Source: a virus | Virus record (IMG/VR): IMGVR_UViG_3300032770_000005 | Span: 88,858-152,857 of that record | DNA: 64,000 bases | Reading direction: 5' to 3' (one strand) | Translations under genes and position numbers: made by a program | The notes under the pieces: generated by a model | Databases searched by the model: none | The model's input: only the letters and a program-made list of their open reading frames with translations | What the model was told of the DNA's origin: nothing | In this document: positions 37,444 to 47,589 of the stretch, in pieces | Layout of the letters: each line of letters starts with the position of its first letter | Numbering within the stretch: position 1 is the first letter of the stretch

Positions 37444-38334
37444 CTATCGCGACGCCGCTCGCCGACGCTCCACCATCGCGGGCACCCGTTCGAGCTTCCG
37501 GGCGTACTCCTCGACGCGGTACACGCTGTGCGACGACTGGTCGACCATCCGCACGACCACGGGGTAGCCGCCTCGATTGTCGATGAGCCAGTGCATCTCG
37601 CCACCGTAGCGTGCGGCGATGCGCGTGTTCGCGAGAGCGCCGGCGAGGTCGGTCGAGATCCGCTGGAGCACGTTCTCACGCTTCTTGCCCGAGCCGTAGC
37701 GGTAGAGCCCCGGCGGCATCGAGCGCAAGCGCGACCACACGCTCGCGGGCATGAAGTGCTTCTGCTCGGACGGCCGCAGATCTCGCACGATCGCGATGCC
37801 CTCCTCGATCGCCAGCTCCGTCTTCGCGCCGATGTGCACGTTCGGCTCGACGCTCTCCTGCCACGCATCGAGCCCAGCGCGCCTGAGGGCCGCGGCGAGA
37901 GAGCGGATCTCCGTACGCTGCGCGGGCGTGGCGAAGTCCTGGAGCGCCTGCACGTGCGCGAACGCATCCTGGGCGCGCCACGTGTCGCCGCCGTTGAGCG
38001 CGTTCCAGGCCGTGGTCAGCTCGTGCTCGACCTCGTGCTCCAGCACGTCGAGCTGCTCGCCGCCGCGGTTCGACATGAGGCGCTTCCGGTCGCGCGGCTC
38101 CAGCGACAGGTACGCGTGCCCGCGGCGATCGACGACGTAAGCGCTTCGGAGGCTCGGATCACCGAGCCAGCTCGCCATCGCCGTGTCGCGCATGCGCGCA
38201 AGGGGACCCGTGCCGAGGTCGACCTTGCCGCCGCGCTCGTCCACGCCCACCGCGTGGTACAGCGGCGGCGGCGAGTTCGCGCGAATGCGCTTGCTCGTGC
38301 GTCTTCGCTGACGCGATGTCCGCTTGGCGGCCAT
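37444..38334 (-). CDS. polyprotein-like: Arg leader plus three segments
   Basis: IRAN, LMSN, VEPN boundaries; last domain paralogous to 27398-28288. Confidence 0.6.
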   Translation of the reverse strand: MAAKRTSRQRRRTSKRIRANSPPPLYHAVGVDERGGKVDLGTGPLARMRDTAMASWLGDPSLRSAYVVDRRGHAYLSLEPRDRKRLMSNRGGEQLDVLEHEVEHELTTAWNALNGGDTWRAQDAFAHVQALQDFATPAQRTEIRSLAAALRRAGLDAWQESVEPNVHIGAKTELAIEEGIAIVRDLRPSEQKHFMPASVWSRLRSMPPGLYRYGSGKKRENVLQRISTDLAGALANTRIAARYGGEMHWLIDNRGGYPVVVRMVDQSSHSVYRVEEYARKLERVPAMVERRRAASR

Positions 38335-38336
38335 CG

Positions 38337-39602
38337 TCAGGCCGCCCTCGACGTCCTGCGATGCTTCCGACGAGAGACGGCTCGGCGCCGGCGCGCCGCC
38401 TCCGCCTTCGGCCACGAGACGAGGCCGCGGTACTGGCGCCACACGCCGGGATAGCGACGCTGGATGGCGTTGGAGATCTTCAGATAGTCCCCCGCCGACC
38501 GGACGCGGCCCATGTGCAGCGCCTGCATCGCCTCATAGGCGCGCTCGGGTGTGTCGAGCGGCCATGCACGCCGCTCCGGGAAGACGAAGTCACGCGCGGG
38601 GATCCTCTCCCGCTCGCGAGCGCTGAGCCGGTTCCGGCTGACGCGCCGATGGTGACGGCGGCGGTTGGCGGCGTACCGACTCGCGTACCGCGTGCCATGC
38701 GGGTAGCGGCGGCGACGAGTCGCGATGCCCTTCCGCTTCGCTGCCGACGTCCGCGGCCAGCTGAGCATGTGCTTGTACTGCTTCCACACGCCAGGGTACC
38801 GACGCTGGATGGCGTTGGAGATCTTGAGGTAGTCGCTCGCGCTCCGCACGCGTCCGAGGTGCATCGCACGCATCGCATCGTACGCGCGCTTGGGCGTGTC
38901 GAGCGGCCAAGCACGACGCTCGGGGAAGACGAACTTGCTCGCGGGGATCTTCGCGCGCTCCCGAGCGCTGAGCCGGTTCCGGCTGATGCGCCGACCGCGA
39001 CGGTTCTGGGCGATGCCCTCGCCCCGTCGGTACCGCGCGATCGCCGCCGCCTGCGATCGCGCGCGTACGACGCGAAGACCACTCGCGCTCGGATGGATGA
39101 AATCCTTCGTGGCTGATGCCGAAATCACGCTGCGGTGCGCGTAGGGCGAGCCGGCCCCCGGCCAGTACCGGAACACGTAGTACACGCGCTCGTGTCCGCT
39201 GTGCCGCCGCGAGTTGCGCCGCATGTGGCGTCGCCGGTTCTTGGCAACCGCAGTCGCCGGCTTCTTGTGCGCAGAGGTCAGCACGAACGCGACGCCGCCG
39301 AGCATCACGAGCCCCGTGCCGATGATCACCGGCCAGTACCAGGACGGCGCGGCCGACGCGGCAGGAGGCACCGTGGTCGTCGGAGTCGTCGTGATGCCGG
39401 TGGTGGTGAGCGAGGTCGAGGTCGCGCCGCCGCCCTGCGTGGCGCTGATGATGCTGGGCACGAGGCTCGCCGCGGCCGTCACGGCCTGGAGCACGTCTTG
39501 CGCGGTCTGATCGCCACCGCTCGACGATGGCTTCGTGGTGGTGCTCGTCTGACCGAGACCGCCCACTCCTCTCCACCGCCTGTCGACCATCCTGTAGCTC
39601 AT
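38337..39602 (-). CDS. GLGQ/TM protein with two tandem DUF6582-like domains
   Basis: RLSARER.KIP...FVFPERRAWPLDTP.RAY.A twice. Confidence 0.65.
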   Translation of the reverse strand: MSYRMVDRRWRGVGGLGQTSTTTKPSSSGGDQTAQDVLQAVTAAASLVPSIISATQGGGATSTSLTTTGITTTPTTTVPPAASAAPSWYWPVIIGTGLVMLGGVAFVLTSAHKKPATAVAKNRRRHMRRNSRRHSGHERVYYVFRYWPGAGSPYAHRSVISASATKDFIHPSASGLRVVRARSQAAAIARYRRGEGIAQNRRGRRISRNRLSARERAKIPASKFVFPERRAWPLDTPKRAYDAMRAMHLGRVRSASDYLKISNAIQRRYPGVWKQYKHMLSWPRTSAAKRKGIATRRRRYPHGTRYASRYAANRRRHHRRVSRNRLSARERERIPARDFVFPERRAWPLDTPERAYEAMQALHMGRVRSAGDYLKISNAIQRRYPGVWRQYRGLVSWPKAEAARRRRAVSRRKHRRTSRAA

Positions 39603-39650
39603 GTCCGCCTTCTTCCTAGCGTCGGCGGCGTGCCCGTCGACGATCGTAGC

Positions 39651-40379
39651 TCATCTCCGATAGGACCGCGCTCTCGTCCGGCGGCGGCGCAGTCGGTTCT
39701 GCCGCAGCCGGTTCTGCCGCAGTCGCGATCTGCGCCACGCGAGCGCGGCTCCGACCACGCCGAGCAACGCGACGCCGGCCACGCCCATCGCGAACATGCC
39801 CGTCGGGCTCTCGACTTCCTGTAGCAGCGATCCGCCGCCCGAGGTCGTCGCGACCGCCTTCCCGTTGCCCGACGAGTCGTCAGACGATGGCGCCGATGGC
39901 GCCGTGCTGGCGTCGGAAGACGACACGGGCAGACTGCCCGTCGGGTACGCGTACAGGTTCTCGCGTCCTGCCGGCATGTTGATCCGGTAGCGCGGCATGA
40001 TGATCTGCACGTTCGGTCCGAGCGCGTGCCCACCGTTGAAGAGCGCATCGCGCACGGTGGTCGCGTAGTCGATCGCCGGATGCTCGGACGTCGGCCTGAA
40101 CGTCACGTGCACGTAGCCGCCGGCAACCCAGCCGGCGTCCTGCACCTGCGCACCGGCCTGCTGGAGCGAGGCCGTGATGTTCGGGATCACCTCGCGGGCG
40201 GCCTGATCTGCGGTCACGCCCTGCACGGTGAGCTGCGCATCGAGCCAGGGGATCTCCGCGTACCCGAAGCCGAGCACGTAGGAGCCGACCGTGAACGTCG
40301 ACATGTCCGGTGTGTTCGCCGGCGGAATCGGGTCTGGGTCGGACCCCTGGAGATCGTGTGCTGCGGCCAGGTAGCTCAT
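39651..40379 (-). CDS. C-terminal TM virion protein
   Basis: TM plus LRQNRLRQNRLRRRR tail. Confidence 0.7.
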   Translation of the reverse strand: MSYLAAAHDLQGSDPDPIPPANTPDMSTFTVGSYVLGFGYAEIPWLDAQLTVQGVTADQAAREVIPNITASLQQAGAQVQDAGWVAGGYVHVTFRPTSEHPAIDYATTVRDALFNGGHALGPNVQIIMPRYRINMPAGRENLYAYPTGSLPVSSSDASTAPSAPSSDDSSGNGKAVATTSGGGSLLQEVESPTGMFAMGVAGVALLGVVGAALAWRRSRLRQNRLRQNRLRRRRTRARSYRR

Positions 40380-40975
40380 GCGCGTCTCCTACGACGGCGA
40401 TGACGGCGGTTGCTCGCGAGCGCGCCTGCGACCGCCGCCCTCCGCAGCTCGCTCGCCGTGCCTCGCACAGACATGAAGATCCACCCGATCAGGCCGAGGC
40501 CCGCCACGCCGAGCCCGGCCCAGGCCCAGATTGGAAGCCCCGCGACCTGAGGCGACGGCGTCGCCTGCTGCTGCACCGTCGCGATGGCGCCGGGCGTCGG
40601 AGCCTCGCCCGTGAGCGTCGTGTACCGCGTCAAGAGCGCGTTGAAGCGACCGGCCATCTGCTGCGCAGTGGTCACGGGCGTGGAGCTGGAGATCGCAGGC
40701 CAGCTGTCGTGGTACTGCGACCACGCGGACAGGAAGTCGCTCTTGAAGTTCTCGAAGTCGGTGTGGAGCTGACTGCCGTCGGCGCTGCTCGTGTCGACGT
40801 TGTGGCTGATGTCGGTCTCCAGGGCGGAGACCCGGTCCAAGATCACGTTCCAGAACGAGCTGATGTCGCCGCTCGACCAGATGGTGTAGTTCGGAATCGT
40901 GATGGCCTGACCGAGGCCGCCGACGAACGTCGGCGCCACACCGTGGTGCTCGATGGTCGGCAGCAGGTACGGCAT
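40376..40975 (-). CDS. GLGQ/TM virion protein
   Basis: GGLGQA; TM; LASNRRHRRRR. Confidence 0.7.
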   Translation of the reverse strand: MPYLLPTIEHHGVAPTFVGGLGQAITIPNYTIWSSGDISSFWNVILDRVSALETDISHNVDTSSADGSQLHTDFENFKSDFLSAWSQYHDSWPAISSSTPVTTAQQMAGRFNALLTRYTTLTGEAPTPGAIATVQQQATPSPQVAGLPIWAWAGLGVAGLGLIGWIFMSVRGTASELRRAAVAGALASNRRHRRRRRRA

Positions 40976-41577
40976 CAGCGACGACGCGAGTTGCGGCGCA
41001 CCCGGCGACGGCGGTTCTTGGCGACCGCGGCCGCGGGTGCAGCGGCGGCCGCGGTCGAGCGCGGCTTCGACGGTGCGGGCGGCATCATCAAGAAGACGAT
41101 GCCTCCGATGAGCAGCACGCCTGCGCCAGCGAGCGCCGCGTACTCCCAGGTCGTGAGCTGGAGGCCCGTCGTCGTCGTCGGTGGCGGCGTCAGGATGCTC
41201 GGTCCGACCGACGCGGACGACGAGCTGCCGCTCGACGAACTGCTGCTCGACGTGGTCGGTGGTGCCGGCGCGCTGCCCAAGATCGCAGTCAGCGCGGCCT
41301 GCGTCTGTGGCCCGTAGAGACCGTCGACCGAGATGCCCTGGCCGTACGCCGCCTGGAACGTGCGCACCGCCGCGTTCGCGGTGTGAGCGTCGAACCCGGA
41401 TGCGTTGATCGCCGCGAGCGCCGCCTGCGCGGCCTGCACCACGGTCGTCGGGCTCGCGCTGGACGTGACCCCTGACGGAACGGCAGTTTTGTCCGGCGTG
41501 CTGTCCGCCGCTGCTCCGAACCCGAGGTGATGCACCGTCCGAAGACCACCACCATGCCTGACCGTTGTCGCGTACAT
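40975..41577 (-). CDS. peptidoglycan-binding (PG_binding_1) TM virion protein
   Basis: AVRTFQAAYG..ISVDGLYGPQTQAAL; LGFGA; VAKNRRRRVRRNSRRR. Confidence 0.75.
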   Translation of the reverse strand: MYATTVRHGGGLRTVHHLGFGAAADSTPDKTAVPSGVTSSASPTTVVQAAQAALAAINASGFDAHTANAAVRTFQAAYGQGISVDGLYGPQTQAALTAILGSAPAPPTTSSSSSSSGSSSSASVGPSILTPPPTTTTGLQLTTWEYAALAGAGVLLIGGIVFLMMPPAPSKPRSTAAAAAPAAAVAKNRRRRVRRNSRRR

Positions 41578-41597
41578 GCCGTGCTCCCTACTTCGTG

Positions 41598-42314
41598 TCA
41601 GACGGTCTGCCCATCATCGCGCAGCGCGTCGACGTACTCCTCCCAGGCCTTGCCCTTGCGGCCACCGCCCGGGTAGAACCCCACGATGTCCGACTCGTGC
41701 TCGACGGCGGACAGCCCCTCCCGCTTCGCGAAGCGGTCGAGGTCGGCGAGCTTCAGGCGCCCGCCCTTGCACTGCATCGTCACGAGCGGCGAGACGTGCT
41801 TGAGCTTGTGCTTCTTCGCGTCGTCTGCATCGCCGTAGATGACGATGCTGCCCGTGCGGCGCGGGTCCTTCGGATCGAACACGACCGCGTCCGCGTGCCC
41901 GTTCTTCTGGAGGTAGCCGCGCAGCTTCGACGCGAAGCCGCTGCGGCTCGTCTCGAACCGACCGCCACCGTCGCTGCTGCCGTTGGGCGAGACGTACCCG
42001 GTGCCGCTGCCATCCCCGTCGTTCTTCGAGACCTTCGAGGACTTGGAGTACAGGTACCAGGCGCCGCCGCCGAGCAGCGCGATCGCGCCCCAGCCCCAGA
42101 GCGGCAGAGGTCCGATCGGCATCGTCAGCAGCGACGAAGGCGCCGGTGTCGGAACGGCAGGGGGCTGGGTCGCCGGTACCTGCGCCAGCGGATGAGTCGC
42201 GTACGACAGCGGGTAGAGCTGCGCCTGCTGCGCCTCCGCTTCCTGCTGCGCGTGCGCCTCGCGCATGCGCATGTTGTCCAGTGCGTCCTGGTCCATCTGA
42301 TCGAGTTCGTCCAT
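41598..42314 (-). CDS. single-TM protein with C-terminal globular domain
   Basis: TM then VSKN. Confidence 0.65.
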   Translation of the reverse strand: MDELDQMDQDALDNMRMREAHAQQEAEAQQAQLYPLSYATHPLAQVPATQPPAVPTPAPSSLLTMPIGPLPLWGWGAIALLGGGAWYLYSKSSKVSKNDGDGSGTGYVSPNGSSDGGGRFETSRSGFASKLRGYLQKNGHADAVVFDPKDPRRTGSIVIYGDADDAKKHKLKHVSPLVTMQCKGGRLKLADLDRFAKREGLSAVEHESDIVGFYPGGGRKGKAWEEYVDALRDDGQTV

Positions 42315-42378
42315 GCGTGCCCCGTGCTCCTTTTCCGGTCGTTCTACCGTGCCGGCCGCAGCCGCCGGCCAGCACGAA

Positions 42379-42789
42379 TCACCTTCGCCGCCTGTTCCGG
42401 CGCGGGCGGCGGTTCGCCGCTACCCTACCACGGCCGCCCATCATGAGCGCGGCGACACCAAGCAGCGACACCAACGCCACGCCGCCGATGATGTACGGCG
42501 TGTAGTTGGTCGTGGTGCTGGACGTCGTCGTGGTGAGGGTCGAGGGCATGACCGTCGGCAGCGTCGATGCCTTCTGCGCGGCCGTCTGCGTCGCCGTCTT
42601 CGGCGCCGTGCTCGTCACAGCGGTCGTCGGAGCGATCGGGGCAGGCGCGGTGGTCGCGGTGGTCGTCGTGGGCGCGGTCGTGTCCGTCGAGTCGTCTTCG
42701 AGGTCCTCGAACGCGTCCTGACCCATGCCGCCGCGTCTGCTGCCCGACATGCCGCCGAACAGGTTCGCCGAGAAGATACCCTTGCTCAT
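42379..42789 (-). CDS. GMGQ/Thr-rich/TM virion protein
   Basis: GGMGQD; TM; VAANRRPRRNRRRR. Confidence 0.7.
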   Translation of the reverse strand: MSKGIFSANLFGGMSGSRRGGMGQDAFEDLEDDSTDTTAPTTTTATTAPAPIAPTTAVTSTAPKTATQTAAQKASTLPTVMPSTLTTTTSSTTTNYTPYIIGGVALVSLLGVAALMMGGRGRVAANRRPRRNRRRR

Positions 42790-43055
42790 GATCGCCTTCG
42801 CTTTCTGTTGGGCGAGACCGCCTTCTTCCGTTTCCTCATCACGAACCACACGCTGCCCGCGACGAGCGCGATGCTTGCGATCCCCCCGACCCACACCACC
42901 GGCTGTGACCACACCGAAGCCGCGGTGGTAGTCGTTGCCGGCGCCGGAGCCAAGCTCGGGACCGTGGACGGTAGCAGCGATTGGATCTCTGGCAGTGCCG
43001 CCGAGACCAGCGGCAGCGATGTGGTGGTCAGCTGACCGAGACCCCGTCGCATCAT
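42786..43055 (-). CDS. GLGQ/TM small virion protein
   Basis: MMRRGLGQL; TM; VSPNRKRRRS. Confidence 0.7.
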   Translation of the reverse strand: MMRRGLGQLTTTSLPLVSAALPEIQSLLPSTVPSLAPAPATTTTAASVWSQPVVWVGGIASIALVAGSVWFVMRKRKKAVSPNRKRRRS

Positions 43056-44269
43056 CGGCGCCGTCTCCTTCCTCGGTTCGCGCTCACCGGCCGCTCGTGG
43101 CCGAACACCAGCCAGGCGCCGAGGCCGAGCGCGATGGCGGCGCCTCCGATCCACAGCCACGTGTTGTCCGAGGCCGGCGCAGGCGTCACGACAGGAGCAG
43201 GAGCAGGAGCCACCGCCGTGGTGGGCGGGGTCTGCATGGTCTGGTCGGTGACGTAGCTGCCGGGCTGCGTGGTGAGCGAGGTGGTGTCGGTGGACGCGCC
43301 CTGCGTGACGTCGGTCCCCGTCACGACCGTCCCGTCGGGCATCACCGTCGTCTGGGTTGGTGGCGGCGGCGGAGGCGGCGGCGGAGGCGGAGGCGGCGGT
43401 GGAGGGGGCGGAGGAGGCGGCACCGGCGCTGTGATCCGCAACGCGCTGTTCAACGTCACCTGTCCCGAAGGTGGCGGTGGCGGAGGCGGCGCCGGGCTGT
43501 AGCGGCCCGAGCTGATGTCCGCGAGCACGTTCACGATCGACTGCGTCTGGCCCACCAGCCAGTTGCCCGACGCGTCCTGGACGCCCTGGGCCATCAGGCT
43601 GCCGATGTACGGCTGGATCGACGTGGGGACGAGGCTGAGCGCTCCCTGGACCGCCGAGGCATCGTTCCGCCCGTTCGCGTTGACGCGCAGCCTGTTGAGC
43701 GCCCCGCTGGCTGCCAGGAGCGGCGCCCGGTTCGGGTCACTGGTGTTGAACGTCGACGCGATGGCCGTCAGCGACGCCGCGAGCGCCTTGCTGTAACCGA
43801 CCGGGATGCCGTACGGGCTCGGCGCGGGGATCGGCACCGGCGGCGGTGGGCTGTACCGGCCCGCCGTGATGTCTGCGAGCACCTGCGGGATGGACTGGAT
43901 CGGACCGCGGAGCCAGTTGCCCGACGCGTCCCGAACGCCGCCCGTCATGATGCCGGCGATCGAGGCCTGCACATCCGGCGGCACGTTGTTCAGCGCAGTT
44001 GCCACGGCAGAGGCGTCGTACCGGCCGTTGCCGTTCGGCTGGAGCGCTCCGAGCGCCGCGCTCGCGGCCAAGATCGCATCCCGCCCCGGCTCACCGGGGC
44101 GCATGGTAGACGCGATGGCGCTCAGCGTGGCCTGGAGCGCAGCCGCATAGCCAGTCGGGATCCCGAACTGGCTTCGTGACGGCACCGGCACGGCGGGCAG
44201 AGCCGTCGTGCTCTGCCCGAGCCCGGACAGATGACGACGACGACCGGATGCTCTCTGGTGGTAGCTCAT
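43052..44269 (-). CDS. GLGQ/TM protein with two ~95-aa repeats and a polyproline stalk
   Basis: GIP.GY..AL.A.L.AIAST..G..DASAV..AL..VP..Q twice; long Pro tract; VSANRGRRRRR. Confidence 0.75.
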   Translation of the reverse strand: MSYHQRASGRRRHLSGLGQSTTALPAVPVPSRSQFGIPTGYAAALQATLSAIASTMRPGEPGRDAILAASAALGALQPNGNGRYDASAVATALNNVPPDVQASIAGIMTGGVRDASGNWLRGPIQSIPQVLADITAGRYSPPPPVPIPAPSPYGIPVGYSKALAASLTAIASTFNTSDPNRAPLLAASGALNRLRVNANGRNDASAVQGALSLVPTSIQPYIGSLMAQGVQDASGNWLVGQTQSIVNVLADISSGRYSPAPPPPPPPSGQVTLNSALRITAPVPPPPPPPPPPPPPPPPPPPPPTQTTVMPDGTVVTGTDVTQGASTDTTSLTTQPGSYVTDQTMQTPPTTAVAPAPAPVVTPAPASDNTWLWIGGAAIALGLGAWLVFGHERPVSANRGRRRRR

Positions 44270-44281
44270 GACGAACCTTCC

Positions 44282-44821
44282 TCAGCGATGGCGACGAACC
44301 CCACGCCGACTGTTGCGACGCACGCGCCGGTAGCGTCGGTTCGCGGCGACCGAGCTGCTGCGACCCGAGAACATCAGCCACGCTGCACCGGCGCCGACGC
44401 CCCACCAGAGCCACGGCAGCCCGAGCGGGCCCGGCGACATCAGCAGCGATGGCGCCGACGTGACGACGGGCACCGGCACCACGACCGGAGCCGGAGCCAT
44501 CACCGGAGCCAGCGACGTGTCGGGCACGTAGGGCGTGCTGAGGGGCGAGACCACAGGCGCGATCGCGCTCGCGTCACCGCCCGAGCTGTCGATGGGCTTG
44601 ACCGTGCCGTCCGGCGCGATCGTGACGGCCGCCGCATCGGGCACCGCCTTCACCACCGACACCGTCGAGTCGTCCGGCATGACCGCGGGCATGTTCTGCC
44701 CGCTCCCATCGTCGACCATGACGACGGGCGCCGACGACGCGTCGACCGACGCATCGGTCGGAGCATCGCCTGCACCGAGACCGAATCGACGACGACGCAC
44801 TGGGCTTCTTCGGTAGCTCAT
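44282..44821 (-). CDS. GLGA/TM virion protein
   Basis: RRFGLGA; TM; VAANRRYRRVRRNSRR. Confidence 0.7.
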   Translation of the reverse strand: MSYRRSPVRRRRFGLGAGDAPTDASVDASSAPVVMVDDGSGQNMPAVMPDDSTVSVVKAVPDAAAVTIAPDGTVKPIDSSGGDASAIAPVVSPLSTPYVPDTSLAPVMAPAPVVVPVPVVTSAPSLLMSPGPLGLPWLWWGVGAGAAWLMFSGRSSSVAANRRYRRVRRNSRRGVRRHR

Positions 44822-44833
44822 GGACCTCTCCTC

Positions 44834-45988
44834 TCAGCTCTTGAGAACGTTCCGTAGTGCAGAAAGCACTGTCGGAGCCAACTGCGCCGAGACCTGCGTC
44901 GCCGCTGGCAACGTGATCGCGAGCTTCGGTGCTGTGCCGGCGTCGGACGGCATGCCGAAGATCGGAGGCCGGATGTCGGCCCCCTTGAACGTCGCCTGCA
45001 CGTTGCCGATGGCCTGCGCCATGCCTCGCGACGACCAGCCGTTGAGCACGGCCCAGATCAGCTCCGGCGGCAGCCGCGCCTCGTAGCCGTCGCACGCGTC
45101 CGGCCCCGTGTTCGGGCCGAAGTTGTAGCCGCTCGGCCACGTACCGTAGACGAACAGCTGCGAGCCCATCGCCGTGTCCGCAGCCACACCGTCGTCGAAG
45201 AACGCCTTGAGGGCGCCGATGACGGCACCGTCCTCGTTCGTGTTGATGTCGTCCTGCGCCGAGAGATAGCCGGCCTGCACCAGCTCCTGCACGAGCACCG
45301 TGTTCCAGAAGAAGTCCTGGTTGTTCAGGTACGTGTAGCCGCCGCTGTTGACCCACAGCGGCGTCTGCGGATTGGCCAGACGCTCGTACAGACCCTGCGC
45401 GATGTGCAGGTCCTTCGAGCTGTTGGTGTTGGGCCCGAAGTTGAACGAGCCGCAGGTCCACAGCGACGGGTCACGCCCCATGCGCACCCAGTAGCACTTG
45501 AGCGCGGTGATGAACGGCGCGTCTTCTCGGATCTCGTAGTTGCGACCCGCCGGCCACGAGATGTAAGGGCGCCGCGCCGAGAAGTTGCCGGTGTCCGGGT
45601 CCGTCGTGGCCAGCGGCGACTGCGCGTACACCTCCACCAACCGGTGTTGCAGGAGGTTCAGGACGCCGTCGTCACTGATGGTGCCCCAGTTGACGCTGTT
45701 GTTCTGAAACAGCGCACCGCCGGTCGCCACGCTGAAGTCGGGCAGCGCCGTCACGGTCGCCGGCTGTGGATAGCCGATGAACCCGCTCGCTGGCTGATTC
45801 GCATAGAGCGTGTTGGTACGCGCTGCCGGCGTCAGCTGCTGCATCTGCGCAGCGAGTGAGGCTTGGATCTGCGCCACACGCGACGTCGACAGCGACTGCT
45901 GCCACAGGTTCGTGTCGGGCTGAACGTTCTGACCGAGGCCATAGCTCCGGCCGCGACGCACGAGACGCTTCCGCACGGAGTAGCTCAC
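44834..45988 (-). CDS. GLGQ-leader protein without TM (putative spike/surface protein)
   Basis: MSYSVRKRLVRRGRSYGLGQN; internal NFGPNT repeat. Confidence 0.7.
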   Translation of the reverse strand: MSYSVRKRLVRRGRSYGLGQNVQPDTNLWQQSLSTSRVAQIQASLAAQMQQLTPAARTNTLYANQPASGFIGYPQPATVTALPDFSVATGGALFQNNSVNWGTISDDGVLNLLQHRLVEVYAQSPLATTDPDTGNFSARRPYISWPAGRNYEIREDAPFITALKCYWVRMGRDPSLWTCGSFNFGPNTNSSKDLHIAQGLYERLANPQTPLWVNSGGYTYLNNQDFFWNTVLVQELVQAGYLSAQDDINTNEDGAVIGALKAFFDDGVAADTAMGSQLFVYGTWPSGYNFGPNTGPDACDGYEARLPPELIWAVLNGWSSRGMAQAIGNVQATFKGADIRPPIFGMPSDAGTAPKLAITLPAATQVSAQLAPTVLSALRNVLKS

Positions 45989-47589
45989 GCGTACCTCCGT
46001 TCACGGAACGACGTGCGTCGACGACTGCGCCGGCTACGGTTCTTCGCCACCGCCTGTCCGCTCGCCGCCGACGTCGCAGCGGGGAGCTTCGTGCGCTCTG
46101 CCTCTTTGCGATGGCGGCGACGGACCTTCAGGATGATGAGGCCGCCGAGCACGAGCGTGCCGCCACCGACGAGCCACGTCCACGCAGGCGCCGGGCCCCA
46201 GTTCTTCAGGTACCACGCGAGGCACGACTGCTGGATGGCCGTGTTGAGCTGCGTGCTCGCCGTGTCGATCGCCGTCAGCGTCTGGTTGAGCAGATCGCGG
46301 TTCGTGCTGAGCACCGATGCGTTCTGCCCGGCCTGCGACAACAGCTGCGGGATCTGCTGCAACTGCCGTGCAACGCTTGCCTGAGCATTCGCAAAGAACT
46401 CACACGTAAAGTAGTTCTTGCCCACCGCCATCTTGGTCAGCGGGCTCGTCGACACCGCGTTGTTCGCGGCGGCGAGCATCTGCGCTCGCACCTGAGCCGA
46501 GATAGGGCCACCGCCTGGCTGGCTCTCTTGTGCAACCAACTGCTGAATCGCAGTGACGTTTCCGAGGCCCGCGCTGATCTGCGCTCTGGCCGCTTGCAGC
46601 TGAGCGATTGCCTGCTGAGCGGCCGCCACGGCTGGTCCGCAGGTATCGGGCGTCGCCGAAGTTACCTGGGTCACGAGCGCGGGAACCTGCGGCAGCAGTG
46701 CAGCAGGCAGCGGCGCTGCTGCGACTGCGGCGGCAACGCTAGACGTCAGTTGCGTCACAGCATCGGTGATGCCTGCATTGCCAGTGACCGCCCCGAGCTG
46801 GGTAGTGGTGGCACCAAGCAAAAAGACCTCGGTCAGGGCGAGCAAGACCTGGAGCATGGCGACCGCCGAAGCGATCGCCGCGTTCTGAAGGTCCGAGTCC
46901 GCCTTGCCGCTCGCGATCTTCGGGATGACGCCGACGCCGATGGTCTTGCCTCCGGGATTCAGCGCGTCGTAGACGCCGCCGACGCCGTTGCGCGGGTCGA
47001 CCCCTGTCCCCGCCTTCACCACGGCGTTCACGTAGTTGACGAAGTTCGCGGCGCTGACGGTGGCCTGCCAGCCTCCGAACGCGAACCACAGCGTCCCCCT
47101 CGTCTGCACGCCCGCACCGGGGTCCGGCATCCAGCCCGATGCGACGAACATCGGCGCCGAGGGAATCCACTTGTTCGTCGGGGAGATCGCCAGCAGCGTC
47201 GCCTGCACGAGCACGTCGCCCGCACCGCCGCCGCCGTACACGCCGCTCAGGAGAGACTGAATCTGGTCGTCGGTGAGCTTGATGTACGGGAATGCGAGCA
47301 CGCCGATCTGCCCCGCCGCCACGCCCGCGGGCGTCGCATCAGGCGTTGGCGGGAGCCGCTTGCACCACGACGGCACGAAGTCGAGGCTGGTGACCTGCGC
47401 CGGCTGCACTGCCACCTGGTTGGGCAGACTCGACAGCTGCTGCGCGGTCCCCTGCGAGATGGTCGGAGGCACGGCCTGGCCTCCGGCCGGCACCACGCCT
47501 TGCTGAGCGGCCGCCTGCTGGGCAGACGTCTGCGCGTCAGACACCGTCTGACCCAGATGTCCACGTGCTGGCAGCCGCCGGTAGCTCAT
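45985..47589 (-). CDS. large helical TM virion protein
   Basis: GHLGQT; A/Q-rich helices; TM; VAKNRSRR. Confidence 0.7.
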   Translation of the reverse strand: MSYRRLPARGHLGQTVSDAQTSAQQAAAQQGVVPAGGQAVPPTISQGTAQQLSSLPNQVAVQPAQVTSLDFVPSWCKRLPPTPDATPAGVAAGQIGVLAFPYIKLTDDQIQSLLSGVYGGGGAGDVLVQATLLAISPTNKWIPSAPMFVASGWMPDPGAGVQTRGTLWFAFGGWQATVSAANFVNYVNAVVKAGTGVDPRNGVGGVYDALNPGGKTIGVGVIPKIASGKADSDLQNAAIASAVAMLQVLLALTEVFLLGATTTQLGAVTGNAGITDAVTQLTSSVAAAVAAAPLPAALLPQVPALVTQVTSATPDTCGPAVAAAQQAIAQLQAARAQISAGLGNVTAIQQLVAQESQPGGGPISAQVRAQMLAAANNAVSTSPLTKMAVGKNYFTCEFFANAQASVARQLQQIPQLLSQAGQNASVLSTNRDLLNQTLTAIDTASTQLNTAIQQSCLAWYLKNWGPAPAWTWLVGGGTLVLGGLIILKVRRRHRKEAERTKLPAATSAASGQAVAKNRSRRSRRRTSFRERRYA

